The position numbers and the translations under genes are program-made. The notes under the pieces were generated by a model. The model saw only the letters and a program-made list of their open reading frames with translations. It made no database searches and was not told where the DNA came from. This document shows, in pieces, positions 27,124 to 36,034 of a stretch of 54,079 nt of DNA (the stretch's first letter is position 1; every line of letters begins with the position of its first letter). Source of the stretch: an uncultured Methanosarcinales archaeon (GTDB taxonomy: Archaea; Nanobdellota; Nanobdellia; Woesearchaeales; 21-14-0-10-32-9); NCBI GenBank assembly GCA_964501945.1, contig CAZCTY010000003.1, positions 1 to 54,079 of the forward strand. Direction: 5' to 3'.

Positions 27124-27228
27124 AAACAAAACCTTAAATGAAGTAAACAATGCGTTATATAAAAAATTTACTTTAAAAGAAAAGATAAATAAAAATATTT
27201 ATAAACTAAAAAACCCATTTTTAATAAA

Positions 27229-27984
27229 ATGAGCGTTAGATTTCCAAGCATTGCGGGAATGTTCTACCCAGCAGAGCCAGCCGCACTAAAAAGCAGTTTA
27301 GAGTATGTAAGAGAATTTGACTCGGAAGAAAAATATTTTGCAATAATAGTACCGCACGCAGGACACGCATATTCAGGAAAAACAGCAGGAGAAGTATATA
27401 AAAAATTAGATAAAAATTATGAAAAAGTTATAATCCTCGCGCCGAACCACTCAGTATACACAAAAAAAGCAGTATTTGATGAAAACGATGAATGGATGAC
27501 CCCTATAGGAAAAACACCAATATGGAAAATAAAAACTGAAAACGAAGCGTTCACAACGAATAAAATCGTGCACAAACAAGAACACTCAATAGAAGTACAC
27601 TTACCATTTCTACAAACAAAATTAAAAAAATTCAAACTACTACCAATAATAATAGGAGATATAAACGAAGTAGATTTGAATAAAATATCAAAAGAGATAA
27701 TGAAATATTTAGATAATAAAACACTCCTAATAATAAGCACGGACCTAAGCCATTTTTTAACAGAGAGAGATGCAAGAGAAGTAGATAATGAGACAATTAA
27801 TAAAATATTGAATTTAAAAGATGTAACACCAGAGGATGCATGCGGAAGCAATCCACTAAAAGTAGCAAATAGGATTTTCAAAGAACTTGGAAAAAAACCC
27901 GAACTCGTAGAATATAGCACATCCGCTAAAACGACACGCGATACAAACAACGTCGTAGGCTATGCAAGCTTCATAGTAAAATAA
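27229..27984 (+). CDS. amrB: AmmeMemoRadiSam system protein B (MEMO1 family), divergent from amrS
   Basis: AGMFYP, PHAGHAYSG, APNH, EHSIEVHLPF, STDLSH, ACG, VVGYAS. Confidence 0.92.
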   Translation: MSVRFPSIAGMFYPAEPAALKSSLEYVREFDSEEKYFAIIVPHAGHAYSGKTAGEVYKKLDKNYEKVIILAPNHSVYTKKAVFDENDEWMTPIGKTPIWKIKTENEAFTTNKIVHKQEHSIEVHLPFLQTKLKKFKLLPIIIGDINEVDLNKISKEIMKYLDNKTLLIISTDLSHFLTERDAREVDNETINKILNLKDVTPEDACGSNPLKVANRIFKELGKKPELVEYSTSAKTTRDTNNVVGYASFIVK

Positions 27985-27991
27985 AAAAAAA

Positions 27992-28981
27992 TTATTTCTC
28001 AGCCATTAACTTTAATAAATCAATCATCCTAAAACTATAACCAAATTCATTATCATACCAAGAAACAACTTTTACAAATTTGCCATCTATTACGTTAGTA
28101 CTCATAGCATCAAAAATACTAGAATGAGAATTACCAACAATATCAGAACTTACAATTGGATCCTCAGTATATTGAAGAACGCCCTTCAACTCCCTATGTG
28201 AAACGCTTTTAAACAAAGCATTTATTTCTTTAGCAGATGCTTCTTTTTTTAACACGCAATTAAAATCAGTTATTGAACCAGTAGCCACAGGAACCCTAAT
28301 AGCATTACCATCAAGCTTCCCATCAAGATGAGGCATTACCTTACCAACAGCGCTAGCAGCCCCAGTAGTTGTAGGAATAATGTTAATAGCAGCACTCCTA
28401 GCCCGCCTCAAATCTTTATGAGGTGCATCAAGCAATCTTTGATCACCTGTGTATGCATGAATAGTAGTCATAAAACCACGCTCAACGCCAAAATTATCAT
28501 CCAACACTTTAACGAGAGGAGCCAAACAATTAGTAGTACAAGACGCATTACTTACAACAGATTCACCATTATACAAATGCTCATTTACACCTTTAACAAT
28601 TGTTAAAACATCTTTTCCAGGCGCACTTAATAAAACCTTTTTAGCACCCGCACTAATATGCAAAGAAGCCTTTTCTTTTGAAGTGAAAAGACCAGTACTC
28701 TCAACTACAATATCAACACCTAACTCCCTCCAAGGAAGATTAAAAGGATCTTTTTGAGAAAAAACCTGAATTCTATTACCATTAACCGTAATAGATTCCT
28801 CATCATGAAAAATATCAGCCTCAAAAATACCTTGAGATGAATCATATTTTAACAAATGAGCCAAAGTCTTAGTATCAGCCAAATCATTTATAGCAACAAA
28901 ATCTATATCAGGATCTTTATGCCCTGCTCTAAAAACCATCCTACCAATTCTTCCAAAACCATTAATTGCAATTCTCACCAC
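27992..28981 (-). CDS. gap: Class I (bacterial-type) NAD-dependent glyceraldehyde-3-phosphate dehydrogenase
   Basis: INGFGRIGR, SNASCTTNCL, TTIHAYT, IIPTTTGAA, SWYDNEFG. GTG start. Confidence 0.96.
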   Translation of the reverse strand: MVRIAINGFGRIGRMVFRAGHKDPDIDFVAINDLADTKTLAHLLKYDSSQGIFEADIFHDEESITVNGNRIQVFSQKDPFNLPWRELGVDIVVESTGLFTSKEKASLHISAGAKKVLLSAPGKDVLTIVKGVNEHLYNGESVVSNASCTTNCLAPLVKVLDDNFGVERGFMTTIHAYTGDQRLLDAPHKDLRRARSAAINIIPTTTGAASAVGKVMPHLDGKLDGNAIRVPVATGSITDFNCVLKKEASAKEINALFKSVSHRELKGVLQYTEDPIVSSDIVGNSHSSIFDAMSTNVIDGKFVKVVSWYDNEFGYSFRMIDLLKLMAEK

Positions 28982-29003
28982 TTTTCATACCCCCAAATAA
29001 AAA

Positions 29004-29032
29004 GACTGCAAGACATAAAAGCCTTGCAAGCC
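29004..29032 (-). promoter_or_regulatory. Hairpin plus U-tract in the gap 5' leader
   Basis: Minus strand GGCTTGCAAGG-CTTTTATG-TCTTGCAGTC (10 bp with one bulge), followed by TTTTTATTT and then the GGGGG SD. Confidence 0.35.
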
Positions 29033-29156
29033 ACCTCTCTTTTCCCAAAAAAATAAAACATCGTACGCAATAAGAGAATATGAACTTTAATATTTAAATA
29101 TTTCTGAATAAGATTTAAAAAAATATATAAATAACCTCTCCTGTGACTATTATATA

Positions 29157-29837
29157 ATGGAAAATATTTGGTTGGTTGACACAAATGCACCAAAAGAAAA
29201 AAATAGTGCTATGTGGCTCAGACACTTACAACGATCAAAAAAATTCTCAGAATTAAAAAAAAAGGTTTTGAAATGTGCAGAAATAGAGACAATGAAAAAT
29301 TACGCACTACTAGAACAACCAAATGTTTACACAGTGTTCCCAGTAAACGAAGAATTTGAAACTTTTTACGAGAAAGTAGAACAAGAATACCTAGCTTTTA
29401 TGAAACCTATAAAGCGTCTCGGACAAAGCCTTAATGGACCTGCAAAAGATAATGAACGAACTTTAAAAAATATACTTGAGCGAATGGAAGATATAAAAAA
29501 ACAAATGGAAAACTCAGTTTATGATTTTTCACAACACCAAACATACAATTTCTTTTACGAGTTAGTAAGAAGAGATATTGTTAGAAAACATAACAGAGGA
29601 CAGTACAGTGAAGCTGACAGATTACTCGTAGCAGGGCCACTTACAAGAGCCGCAGAAGGACTTGAAACGCACGTTTTAACACCAGATAGAGGGATACGAA
29701 AAATAACAGAGGAAGCACTACAACAAATAGAGAGCAACAACCCACACCAATTTTACAACCCCAAAAAATTAATTGAAAAAATAAAATTATTCAACACATA
29801 CTCTGGAGAAATAAAAGAAGAACAATTGTGCGCGTAA
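29157..29837 (+). CDS. PIN-domain protein (putative nuclease)
   Basis: Acidic PIN pattern: LVDTN (strand 1), VYTVFPVNEE, YSEADRLLV, VLTPDRGI. Confidence 0.6.
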   Translation: MENIWLVDTNAPKEKNSAMWLRHLQRSKKFSELKKKVLKCAEIETMKNYALLEQPNVYTVFPVNEEFETFYEKVEQEYLAFMKPIKRLGQSLNGPAKDNERTLKNILERMEDIKKQMENSVYDFSQHQTYNFFYELVRRDIVRKHNRGQYSEADRLLVAGPLTRAAEGLETHVLTPDRGIRKITEEALQQIESNNPHQFYNPKKLIEKIKLFNTYSGEIKEEQLCA

Positions 29838-29842
29838 AAAAA

Positions 29843-30748
29843 TTATAATTTTATCTTCATAAAATCAAAAGCCAAAACAGTATTAGGAAATACATTCTTT
29901 GCCTGCTCAAATAAATCAGATAAATCTTTGTACCTCTGAGAGAAATGAGTTAAAACAAGTTTTCCAACACCCGCGTTGCTTGCAATTAAAGCAGATTGCT
30001 CAGAGGTTAAATGATTATACTCGTTGGCTTTTTCTTCCTCTTCTTTTTTATATGTTGCCTCACATATTAAAACATCAGCACCATTAGCTAAAACTTGAGC
30101 ATTAGCAGAGAAAGAAGTATCTGCTATAACAGACACTTTTTTGCCTTTAACAATAAAAGAAACATCATCAGGCATTATTAATTTACCGTCTTTTTTTATA
30201 GGAATGTTTTTTTGAAGCTCGCCTAAAGAAGGACCTTCAACTAAACCATATTTTTTTGCTTTATTTAAATCAATTCTCCTCCTATCTTTTTCAACAAAAG
30301 AATAACCAATACAAGGAACTTTGTGATTTAGAGGAGCCGCTTCTAAATAATAATTTTCATTTTCAAAAAAAACTTTTTTTTCAGAAATATCCAATTCATT
30401 TATTTCCAAGTCCACAGTTAAATCAAAAATACAAGAATTGAGCAAATGATTCATAGATTTTTTTGTTCCAGAAGGGCCATAAATTTTCAATTGAGAAACA
30501 TCTTTAGAATTTCCAAGCGTTTGAATTAAACCTATCAAACCAGAAACATGATCCCCGTGCCAATGACTAATCAATATCTTTTGAACCTTCGTCCTATTTA
30601 TACCCACTATATTCATTTGGCGCTGGGTGCCCTCACCACAATCAAATAATATACCCTCTCCTTTATATTCTAGGTGAATAGCTTGCACGTTCCTATCCTT
30701 TGTTGGAACCATGCTACTCGTTCCAAGCATAGTTATATTTACCGTCAT
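29843..30748 (-). CDS. rnz: Ribonuclease Z
   Basis: LGTSSMVPT, FDCGEGTQRQ, SHWHGDH, NHKVP, exosite GP motif, ADT, CEAT, HLTS, THFSQRY. ATG 30748 preferred. Confidence 0.95.
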   Translation of the reverse strand: MTVNITMLGTSSMVPTKDRNVQAIHLEYKGEGILFDCGEGTQRQMNIVGINRTKVQKILISHWHGDHVSGLIGLIQTLGNSKDVSQLKIYGPSGTKKSMNHLLNSCIFDLTVDLEINELDISEKKVFFENENYYLEAAPLNHKVPCIGYSFVEKDRRRIDLNKAKKYGLVEGPSLGELQKNIPIKKDGKLIMPDDVSFIVKGKKVSVIADTSFSANAQVLANGADVLICEATYKKEEEEKANEYNHLTSEQSALIASNAGVGKLVLTHFSQRYKDLSDLFEQAKNVFPNTVLAFDFMKIKL

Positions 30749-30810
30749 TATATTAAAGAAAAACAATTACATTAAATAAGTTTTTGATTTTAAATAAAAT
30801 ACAATAAGAA

Positions 30811-31263
30811 TTAGTTGTGAGCATATTTTCCTAAAATATTTTGATTTTCTTTCTCGAAGCTAGCCAATTCTTCTGATTGTTTTTTAAGACTTTTTTGATA
30901 AGAATTGTATAAACCATTAAATAAGCCAAATATTTCTCCAGGAGAATAATTAGAGATATCTTGAGATGATTTGCCTTCCCCCCTAAATTTAGGATGTTTT
31001 TTCATCAAAAAAGCCCTTTTTTGATCAGAGTCAGCATTAAGATATGTTTTTGCTTCATTGAGCCAAGCACTTGCAGAATCAAATTCAACTCTCAAATCAA
31101 CGTAATCACCTATAATTTCCTCCTCTAATTTTGATATGTTTTGCTCTCTTTGTTCTTCAGGGTGTTTTTCTTTTTTAGGCCCTCTTGGCGAATATTTTTT
31201 TTCATCAATAAATCTATCATAATGCGCTGGTTTTCTTTGAGGAAATAAACTTAATTGATTCAT
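30811..31263 (-). CDS. Orphan hypothetical protein starting with QLSLF
   Basis: 150-aa ORF with a TATA-like element upstream. No family recognised. Base composition is discordant with its neighbours. Confidence 0.6.
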   Translation of the reverse strand: MNQLSLFPQRKPAHYDRFIDEKKYSPRGPKKEKHPEEQREQNISKLEEEIIGDYVDLRVEFDSASAWLNEAKTYLNADSDQKRAFLMKKHPKFRGEGKSSQDISNYSPGEIFGLFNGLYNSYQKSLKKQSEELASFEKENQNILGKYAHN

Positions 31264-31349
31264 AATAAATATATAAGGAAAACAAATATATAAATGTTTT
31301 GTTTTTTGTTACCAAAAAGTAATTAAATTTCTTTTTTTGTTCCAAATCA

Positions 31350-31359
31350 TTTATAAATA
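31350..31359 (+). promoter_or_regulatory. TATA box of the SRP RNA gene
   Basis: TTTATAAATA lies about 20-28 nt upstream of the predicted 5' end. Confidence 0.6.
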
Positions 31360-31377
31360 CAAAAACATTACCAACAA

Positions 31378-31645
31378 GTGCTAGCCCGGGGCGTTAGCCG
31401 TGCCTTGTAACCCAAAACCGGCTTTATGTGGGGGGCGAAGCCGAAGAAGAGGTCTGCTTTTGTGAGGCAGTCTTCGAAGAACTGTCGATATCCTGTCCCT
31501 CTTGATCGTTGCTTAAGGGAAACTGGTCAGGCCAGGAATGGAGCAGCCATAACCTTGAACATCGGTGTTTGAGGGGTTGCAGGAAGGAGGAACTTCGAAG
31601 AACATACTGCTTTGCGAGAGTTAGATCCACTCTTCGGCGCGCATT
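31378..31645 (+). ncRNA. ffs: Archaeal signal recognition particle RNA (about 268 nt, helix 6 absent)
   Basis: Alu domain GGGGCGTTAGCCGTGCCTTGTAACCC with the UGUAA motif. Helix 8 TGGTCAGGCCA-GGAA-TGGAGCAGCCA. Helix 5 GCTTTTGTGAGGCAGT pairs over 16 bp with ACTGCTTTGCGAGAGT. The 5' and 3' ends pair. Confidence 0.93.
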
Positions 31646-31661
31646 TCTATATAATGCGCAG

Positions 31662-32399
31662 TCATTTAAGCAAATCAAGCCTAAACTTAGTTAACGCGTC
31701 ATGATATTCTGATTTAAAAAAAGATAACTCCTCAAAACCACAACCAAAAAAAACACTTCTCTCACAAGATAAATTACGCGCATCACACTCAACGTTAGGA
31801 TTGAAATAATTTAAGCTGAAATTATTAGAATAACTAACCATAGGATTTAACGAATCACCATACCTAATAGATAAATCATCAAAAAAAGAATCATAATCCC
31901 CCCTAAAAGGAACATTTTTTAAAAAAGAGATATAAAAACCCCAAAACGAATCAGAGAGCCTCAATATATCAAATGAAGACACTGATTTTTTATAAACCTC
32001 ACCGAGAGAAAACTCATTAAAAACCAACTCTCGAATTCCTTTCTCGTGCTGAATTTTTAAAAATTCATTAAAACCATCAAAAAAAGAATTATAAAAATCA
32101 AAAACCAAACCAGAAAACTCACAAATCCTCTCACCGAGTTCTTTTTTATGAACAGAATCATTAAACACATCAACATCCAAATAAGACATGAGAATATTAG
32201 CCCTCTCAAAAAACTTCAAATGATGAACAGAATACAACTCAAAAAAAGGCTCTAAATTAGGATACAAACCACAAAGACCCTCCCTGACATTACTTAAAGC
32301 TTCAACTTCTAAAGAAATTAAATCATCTAAAACAAAACACGTAGATACATCCGATAAAGATTTTTTAAAAGGCTTAGCCGAAGGTAATACGAGATTCAT
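31662..32399 (-). CDS. Orphan hypothetical protein (F/S/D/L-rich, probably helical)
   Basis: 245-aa ORF filling the space between SRP RNA and rpoN. No motif recognised. Confidence 0.55.
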   Translation of the reverse strand: MNLVLPSAKPFKKSLSDVSTCFVLDDLISLEVEALSNVREGLCGLYPNLEPFFELYSVHHLKFFERANILMSYLDVDVFNDSVHKKELGERICEFSGLVFDFYNSFFDGFNEFLKIQHEKGIRELVFNEFSLGEVYKKSVSSFDILRLSDSFWGFYISFLKNVPFRGDYDSFFDDLSIRYGDSLNPMVSYSNNFSLNYFNPNVECDARNLSCERSVFFGCGFEELSFFKSEYHDALTKFRLDLLK

Positions 32400-32451
32400 A
32401 ATAAATATTAAATAAGAAAATTAGAATATAAAAAAATTACTAAAAAAAAAA

Positions 32452-32646
32452 TTAGTTCTTTTTGAACTGAGCAACAGTTTCCAATAAATCAACTTGGCCA
32501 AGGAAAACGCCTCTACAGCACATCCTCTCAACACCTAAGTCATCGAGAACTCTGCCCCTCTCCTCGGAAACAGACTTTTCCTGATACTTTTCCCAAAGAT
32601 GACCAATGGGTTTGCCACAACTAAAACACCTAACCGGAATTATCAT
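32452..32646 (-). CDS. rpoN: DNA-directed RNA polymerase subunit Rpo10 (N)
   Basis: MIIPVRCFSCGK...RMCCR. SD AGGTGA. Confidence 0.96.
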   Translation of the reverse strand: MIIPVRCFSCGKPIGHLWEKYQEKSVSEERGRVLDDLGVERMCCRGVFLGQVDLLETVAQFKKN

Positions 32647-32652
32647 ATAAAA

Positions 32653-33060
32653 TCACCTGTAAGATTTTTGCCTCTTAGCCCTCGCTTTACCCTGACTATT
32701 AGGTTTACGAGTCTCTTTTCTACGAACATCAGCAACCAATAATTGCCTATCATAATCTAAAAAAACCTGTCTTAAACTCTCATCATACTCAGCTAAAGCC
32801 TTCGCAATAGCCAACCTAGCAGCATCAGCCCTACTAGTAACCCCGCCACCAGTGACGTTCACACTAATAGACAACTTCTTAACAGAATCATCTGCAAGAA
32901 GCAAAGGCTCCTTAATCCTAAGCCTAGCCATGTCAGGCTCAAGAACATCTAGTGAAACATTGTTAACCTTAACAAAATGCTTCCCCTCTTTAATTGTCGC
33001 CCTAGCCACAGCGCTTTTTCTTTTTCCACTCGCATTAACAATAATATTTTTCTTTGACAT
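32653..33060 (-). CDS. rps9: 30S ribosomal protein uS9
   Basis: GKRKSAVARA, VTGGG, YDRQLLVADVRRKE, RQKSYR. Confidence 0.96.
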   Translation of the reverse strand: MSKKNIIVNASGKRKSAVARATIKEGKHFVKVNNVSLDVLEPDMARLRIKEPLLLADDSVKKLSISVNVTGGGVTSRADAARLAIAKALAEYDESLRQVFLDYDRQLLVADVRRKETRKPNSQGKARAKRQKSYR

Positions 33061-33072
33061 TTTCAACAACCC

Positions 33073-33489
33073 TTAAAATTTAGCACCTAACTCTTTACTA
33101 ATCCTCTCAACAGAGACATACTTTGCATGAGTTTTTTCAACATTAAAATCAGGCAAAGAAACAACCTCTTTATCCTTAAATGAAGACGGAACACCAATAT
33201 GACACTTAATCCTACTAAAAGCAGCCTTACCCCTCGCAGAATTATAATCAAGCATCCCTCTAATAGTCCTCTTAACAAGCCTATCAGGTTGCCTAGGAAA
33301 AAAAGGACCAATCAAAGGAGCACCTAAGTTACGCTTAGCCTTATACTCCCCCAAAATTTTTTTCCTATCACCAGTAATTACCGCTTTCTCAGCATTTATA
33401 ACATGAACAGTCTCACCCATAAATGCTTGCTTGACAACAAAAGCAGCCATCCTTCCAAGTATTAAATCTTTAGCATCTACAACAATCAT
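33073..33489 (-). CDS. rpl13: 50S ribosomal protein uL13
   Basis: VDAKDLILGRMA, VINAEKAVITG, KRTIRGML. Confidence 0.96.
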   Translation of the reverse strand: MIVVDAKDLILGRMAAFVVKQAFMGETVHVINAEKAVITGDRKKILGEYKAKRNLGAPLIGPFFPRQPDRLVKRTIRGMLDYNSARGKAAFSRIKCHIGVPSSFKDKEVVSLPDFNVEKTHAKYVSVERISKELGAKF

Positions 33490-33494
33490 CTCAA

Positions 33495-33854
33495 TCAACC
33501 CATTATCCTAATATTTTTTCCCTCAGGATTATTTTTCATAATATCCTTAATCGTTAAAGCCTTACCCTTTTCAGATATCTTCTTAAAAGCATCATCTGAA
33601 AAACTAAAAGCCGCAACATCAACTGAGTGAGAAAGATCCCCAGTACCCAAAACTTTACCAGGAACAATAACAACTTCTTTATCTTTAGTGTTCCTATCAA
33701 GCTTGTAAATATTAACAATCCTCCTATCTCTAGTAGGCTTTTCAAGATCTTCAGCCACTCTCTTCCAAATCTTTACCTTTTTCTCAATAGACAATCTCTT
33801 CAATTCAGAGATTAATCCAACGAGTTCTTTGTTTTTATGATTCATCTTTGCCAT
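33495..33854 (-). CDS. rpl18e: 50S ribosomal protein eL18
   Basis: KIWKRVAEDLEKPTR, VNIYKL, VPGKVLGTG, NPEGKNIRIMG. Confidence 0.96.
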   Translation of the reverse strand: MAKMNHKNKELVGLISELKRLSIEKKVKIWKRVAEDLEKPTRDRRIVNIYKLDRNTKDKEVVIVPGKVLGTGDLSHSVDVAAFSFSDDAFKKISEKGKALTIKDIMKNNPEGKNIRIMG

Positions 33855-33892
33855 TTTTAAGCTCTCACATATTTTTTTGATAATAATCTTGA

Positions 33893-33978
33893 TGCGAGGG
33901 ACGTGATTTGAACACGCGCACCCAATAAGGGACTAGCCCCTCAAGCTAGCGCATTTGACCAGGCTCTGCCACCCTCGC
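33893..33978 (-). tRNA. tRNA-Leu(GAG), no intron, CCA not encoded
   Basis: Acceptor GCGAGGG/CCCTCGC with discriminator A. Anticodon arm CTAGC-TTGAGGG-GCTAG. Long variable arm CCC-TTATT-GGG. T arm GCGTG-TTCAAAT-CACGT. Lies between rpoD and rpl18e. Confidence 0.96.
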
Positions 33979-33985
33979 GCAAGCT

Positions 33986-34762
33986 TTAAACCTCCTTGAG
34001 CAACTTTTTAAAATCGTCAAGTTGCGAATTAAATATTTTAACTCCTTCATCCACAATTTCTTCAACAGATAATTGCCCCCAAGGCTCAATAGTAAAAATA
34101 AAATCTTTTTGAGGATTAGGATAACTAATACTAACAACGGATTCATCAATACCCCTACAAGCATCAATTAATTGAGGACTATTGATTTTTTTAACATCAA
34201 TCTCGCCTTTAGCATTAAAAATCTCTTTAGGAAACTTATCTCTCACATCACTTAGCGAAGGAGACTTATTGTTAACTTTAATATCTGGCTTATAGTAATA
34301 AGACATTAAACCAGGCGACCACTTACTATGAGTCTTAGCCACACCAAGATTCGCAGTAGCAACAAGCTCTAACTCTTGACCTTCTAATAATTTAACAATA
34401 ATAGTACCAGGATGAACAGGCTTAATTGCAGGATCACTACTTTTTAAGTCTGATGCGTAAACAGTTTTAGGACCTACAACTTTTAATTTAAATGTGCAAT
34501 GAGTCGCAGGACCCACAGGAGCACCATCTTTTGGAAAGTTATAAGACGATAAATCAGTCTTTAAAACTAACAACCCAAGCCTATGCGCAACAACTTCATC
34601 ATATAAAGCAGACGAATTTTGCTTAAACTCAACGCTAGTAATCGCCATAGTAGGCACCAGTGATGAAAAAATACGCCTAAGCGTATTCACATAAGCAGGC
34701 GTTGAACCGCTAACTTCAAAAGTTGATTTTATTTTATTTTTTTCTAAAAGAGATAATTTCAT
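33986..34762 (-). CDS. rpoD: DNA-directed RNA polymerase subunit Rpo3 (D)
   Basis: YVNTLRR, VPTMAI, NSSALYDEVVAHRLGL, GPKTVYASDL, IVKLLEGQ, HSKWSP. No Fe-S cysteine cluster. Confidence 0.95.
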   Translation of the reverse strand: MKLSLLEKNKIKSTFEVSGSTPAYVNTLRRIFSSLVPTMAITSVEFKQNSSALYDEVVAHRLGLLVLKTDLSSYNFPKDGAPVGPATHCTFKLKVVGPKTVYASDLKSSDPAIKPVHPGTIIVKLLEGQELELVATANLGVAKTHSKWSPGLMSYYYKPDIKVNNKSPSLSDVRDKFPKEIFNAKGEIDVKKINSPQLIDACRGIDESVVSISYPNPQKDFIFTIEPWGQLSVEEIVDEGVKIFNSQLDDFKKLLKEV

Positions 34763-34773
34763 AATTAACACCC

Positions 34774-35172
34774 TTAAACTCTCCTACCTCTCCTACCGCC
34801 TTTTTTACGACAACCGCCATGCGGAAGAGGAGTAACATCTTCAATTAAACCAATTCTCAAACCCCTACGAGACAGAGCACGAACAGCAGCTTGAGCGCCA
34901 GGACCAGGATTAGTAGGACCATTATGCCCACCAGGAGCCCTGATTTTTACATGAATAGCTCTAATTCCTTTATCCATTGCAAGCTCAGCAGCTTTTTTAG
35001 CTGCAGCCATAGCAGTAGTAGGACTACTCTCCAACCTATCAGACCTAACCATTTGACCACCTGAAGCTAAAGCCACAGTTTCTGAACCCGTAATATCTGT
35101 TATATGAATTATAGTATTATTATATGATGCATAAACATGCGCCACGCCCCATCTGATTTTATTATCTGCCAT
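34774..35172 (-). CDS. rps11: 30S ribosomal protein uS11
   Basis: [48 protein letters not shown]. Confidence 0.97.
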   Translation of the reverse strand: MADNKIRWGVAHVYASYNNTIIHITDITGSETVALASGGQMVRSDRLESSPTTAMAAAKKAAELAMDKGIRAIHVKIRAPGGHNGPTNPGPGAQAAVRALSRRGLRIGLIEDVTPLPHGGCRKKGGRRGRRV

Positions 35173-35180
35173 TTTAAACC

Positions 35181-36023
35181 TCACTTATCAGCTCCCCCAT
35201 CAGCCTTTTTATCAGAACCTTTATTATCAGCGCTTTCTGATTTTTTAGATTCAACTTCTGATTTTTCTTCAGCTTTTTTATCAGAAGAAGCATCTTTAGG
35301 AGTTGCCTTTTGATCATCTTCTTTTTGCTTAACATCACCAGCTTTTTCATCGCTCTCAGATTCTTTTTTGCTCTCAGCTACTTCTTTTTTATCAGCCGGT
35401 TTTTCGTCATCCGCGCTTTTACTCTCTTCTTTTTTATCAGCTGCAACTTCTTTTTCATCAGGTTTAGATTTTTTATCAGCAGTAACTTTCTCTTTTTGAA
35501 GTTCACTAGCCTCAGCTAAAGCCCTCTCAGGATGAGCCTCATTGTTAAATTTAGAACCTGGAATAAAAGAAATAGACTCTTGCTCAGAAATTTTAACCAA
35601 GTAACCAGGCGCAGTAATTTTAGTGCCATTAACAGCGATATGCCTATGCGTAATCATCTGCCTTGCTTGCTTAATAGTTCTAGCCAAACCTTTCTTTAAA
35701 ACAACTGTTTGAAGCCGCCTGTCTAAAAGCTGCTCAACATCAAGCCCGAGGATTTCATCAAGCTCCTCACTACTAATTAAACCATATGATTTCATCCTCT
35801 CAACCATTTGCTTTTTCTCAGCAGACGCTTGAGCGGTCTTAGATGCAACCAAGTGCTTAGCAGTGTCTTTAAAATTCTTAAGCTTAGAAGAAACTTTCCA
35901 AAGCTCTTTTTTATTAACCAAACCATACTCCTTCATCAAAGGTCTCTCAGCATCCAACCTAAGTTTTTCCCATGGATGAATAGGAGTTCTATACTTGTTT
36001 TTTAATTTTCTAGGATCGCCCAT
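35181..36023 (-). CDS. rps4: 30S ribosomal protein uS4 with a ~110-aa charged low-complexity C-terminal extension
   Basis: [33 protein letters not shown], then a K/D/E/S/A-rich tail. Confidence 0.95.
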   Translation of the reverse strand: MGDPRKLKNKYRTPIHPWEKLRLDAERPLMKEYGLVNKKELWKVSSKLKNFKDTAKHLVASKTAQASAEKKQMVERMKSYGLISSEELDEILGLDVEQLLDRRLQTVVLKKGLARTIKQARQMITHRHIAVNGTKITAPGYLVKISEQESISFIPGSKFNNEAHPERALAEASELQKEKVTADKKSKPDEKEVAADKKEESKSADDEKPADKKEVAESKKESESDEKAGDVKQKEDDQKATPKDASSDKKAEEKSEVESKKSESADNKGSDKKADGGADK

Positions 36024-36034
36024 TTTAAACTACC

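Noticed and set aside
31424-31694. ORFs 31424-31678 (-) and 31509-31694 (+)
   Set aside because: They overlap the SRP RNA and arise from its higher GC content.
29157-32399. Integrated element around SRP RNA (PIN gene, two orphans)
   Set aside because: There is no integrase or att-like direct repeat, and housekeeping rnz lies in the middle. The individual genes are reported separately.
33962-33970. GGCTCTGCC as a second MITE end
   Set aside because: It is part of the tRNA-Leu D arm and has no partner TIR.
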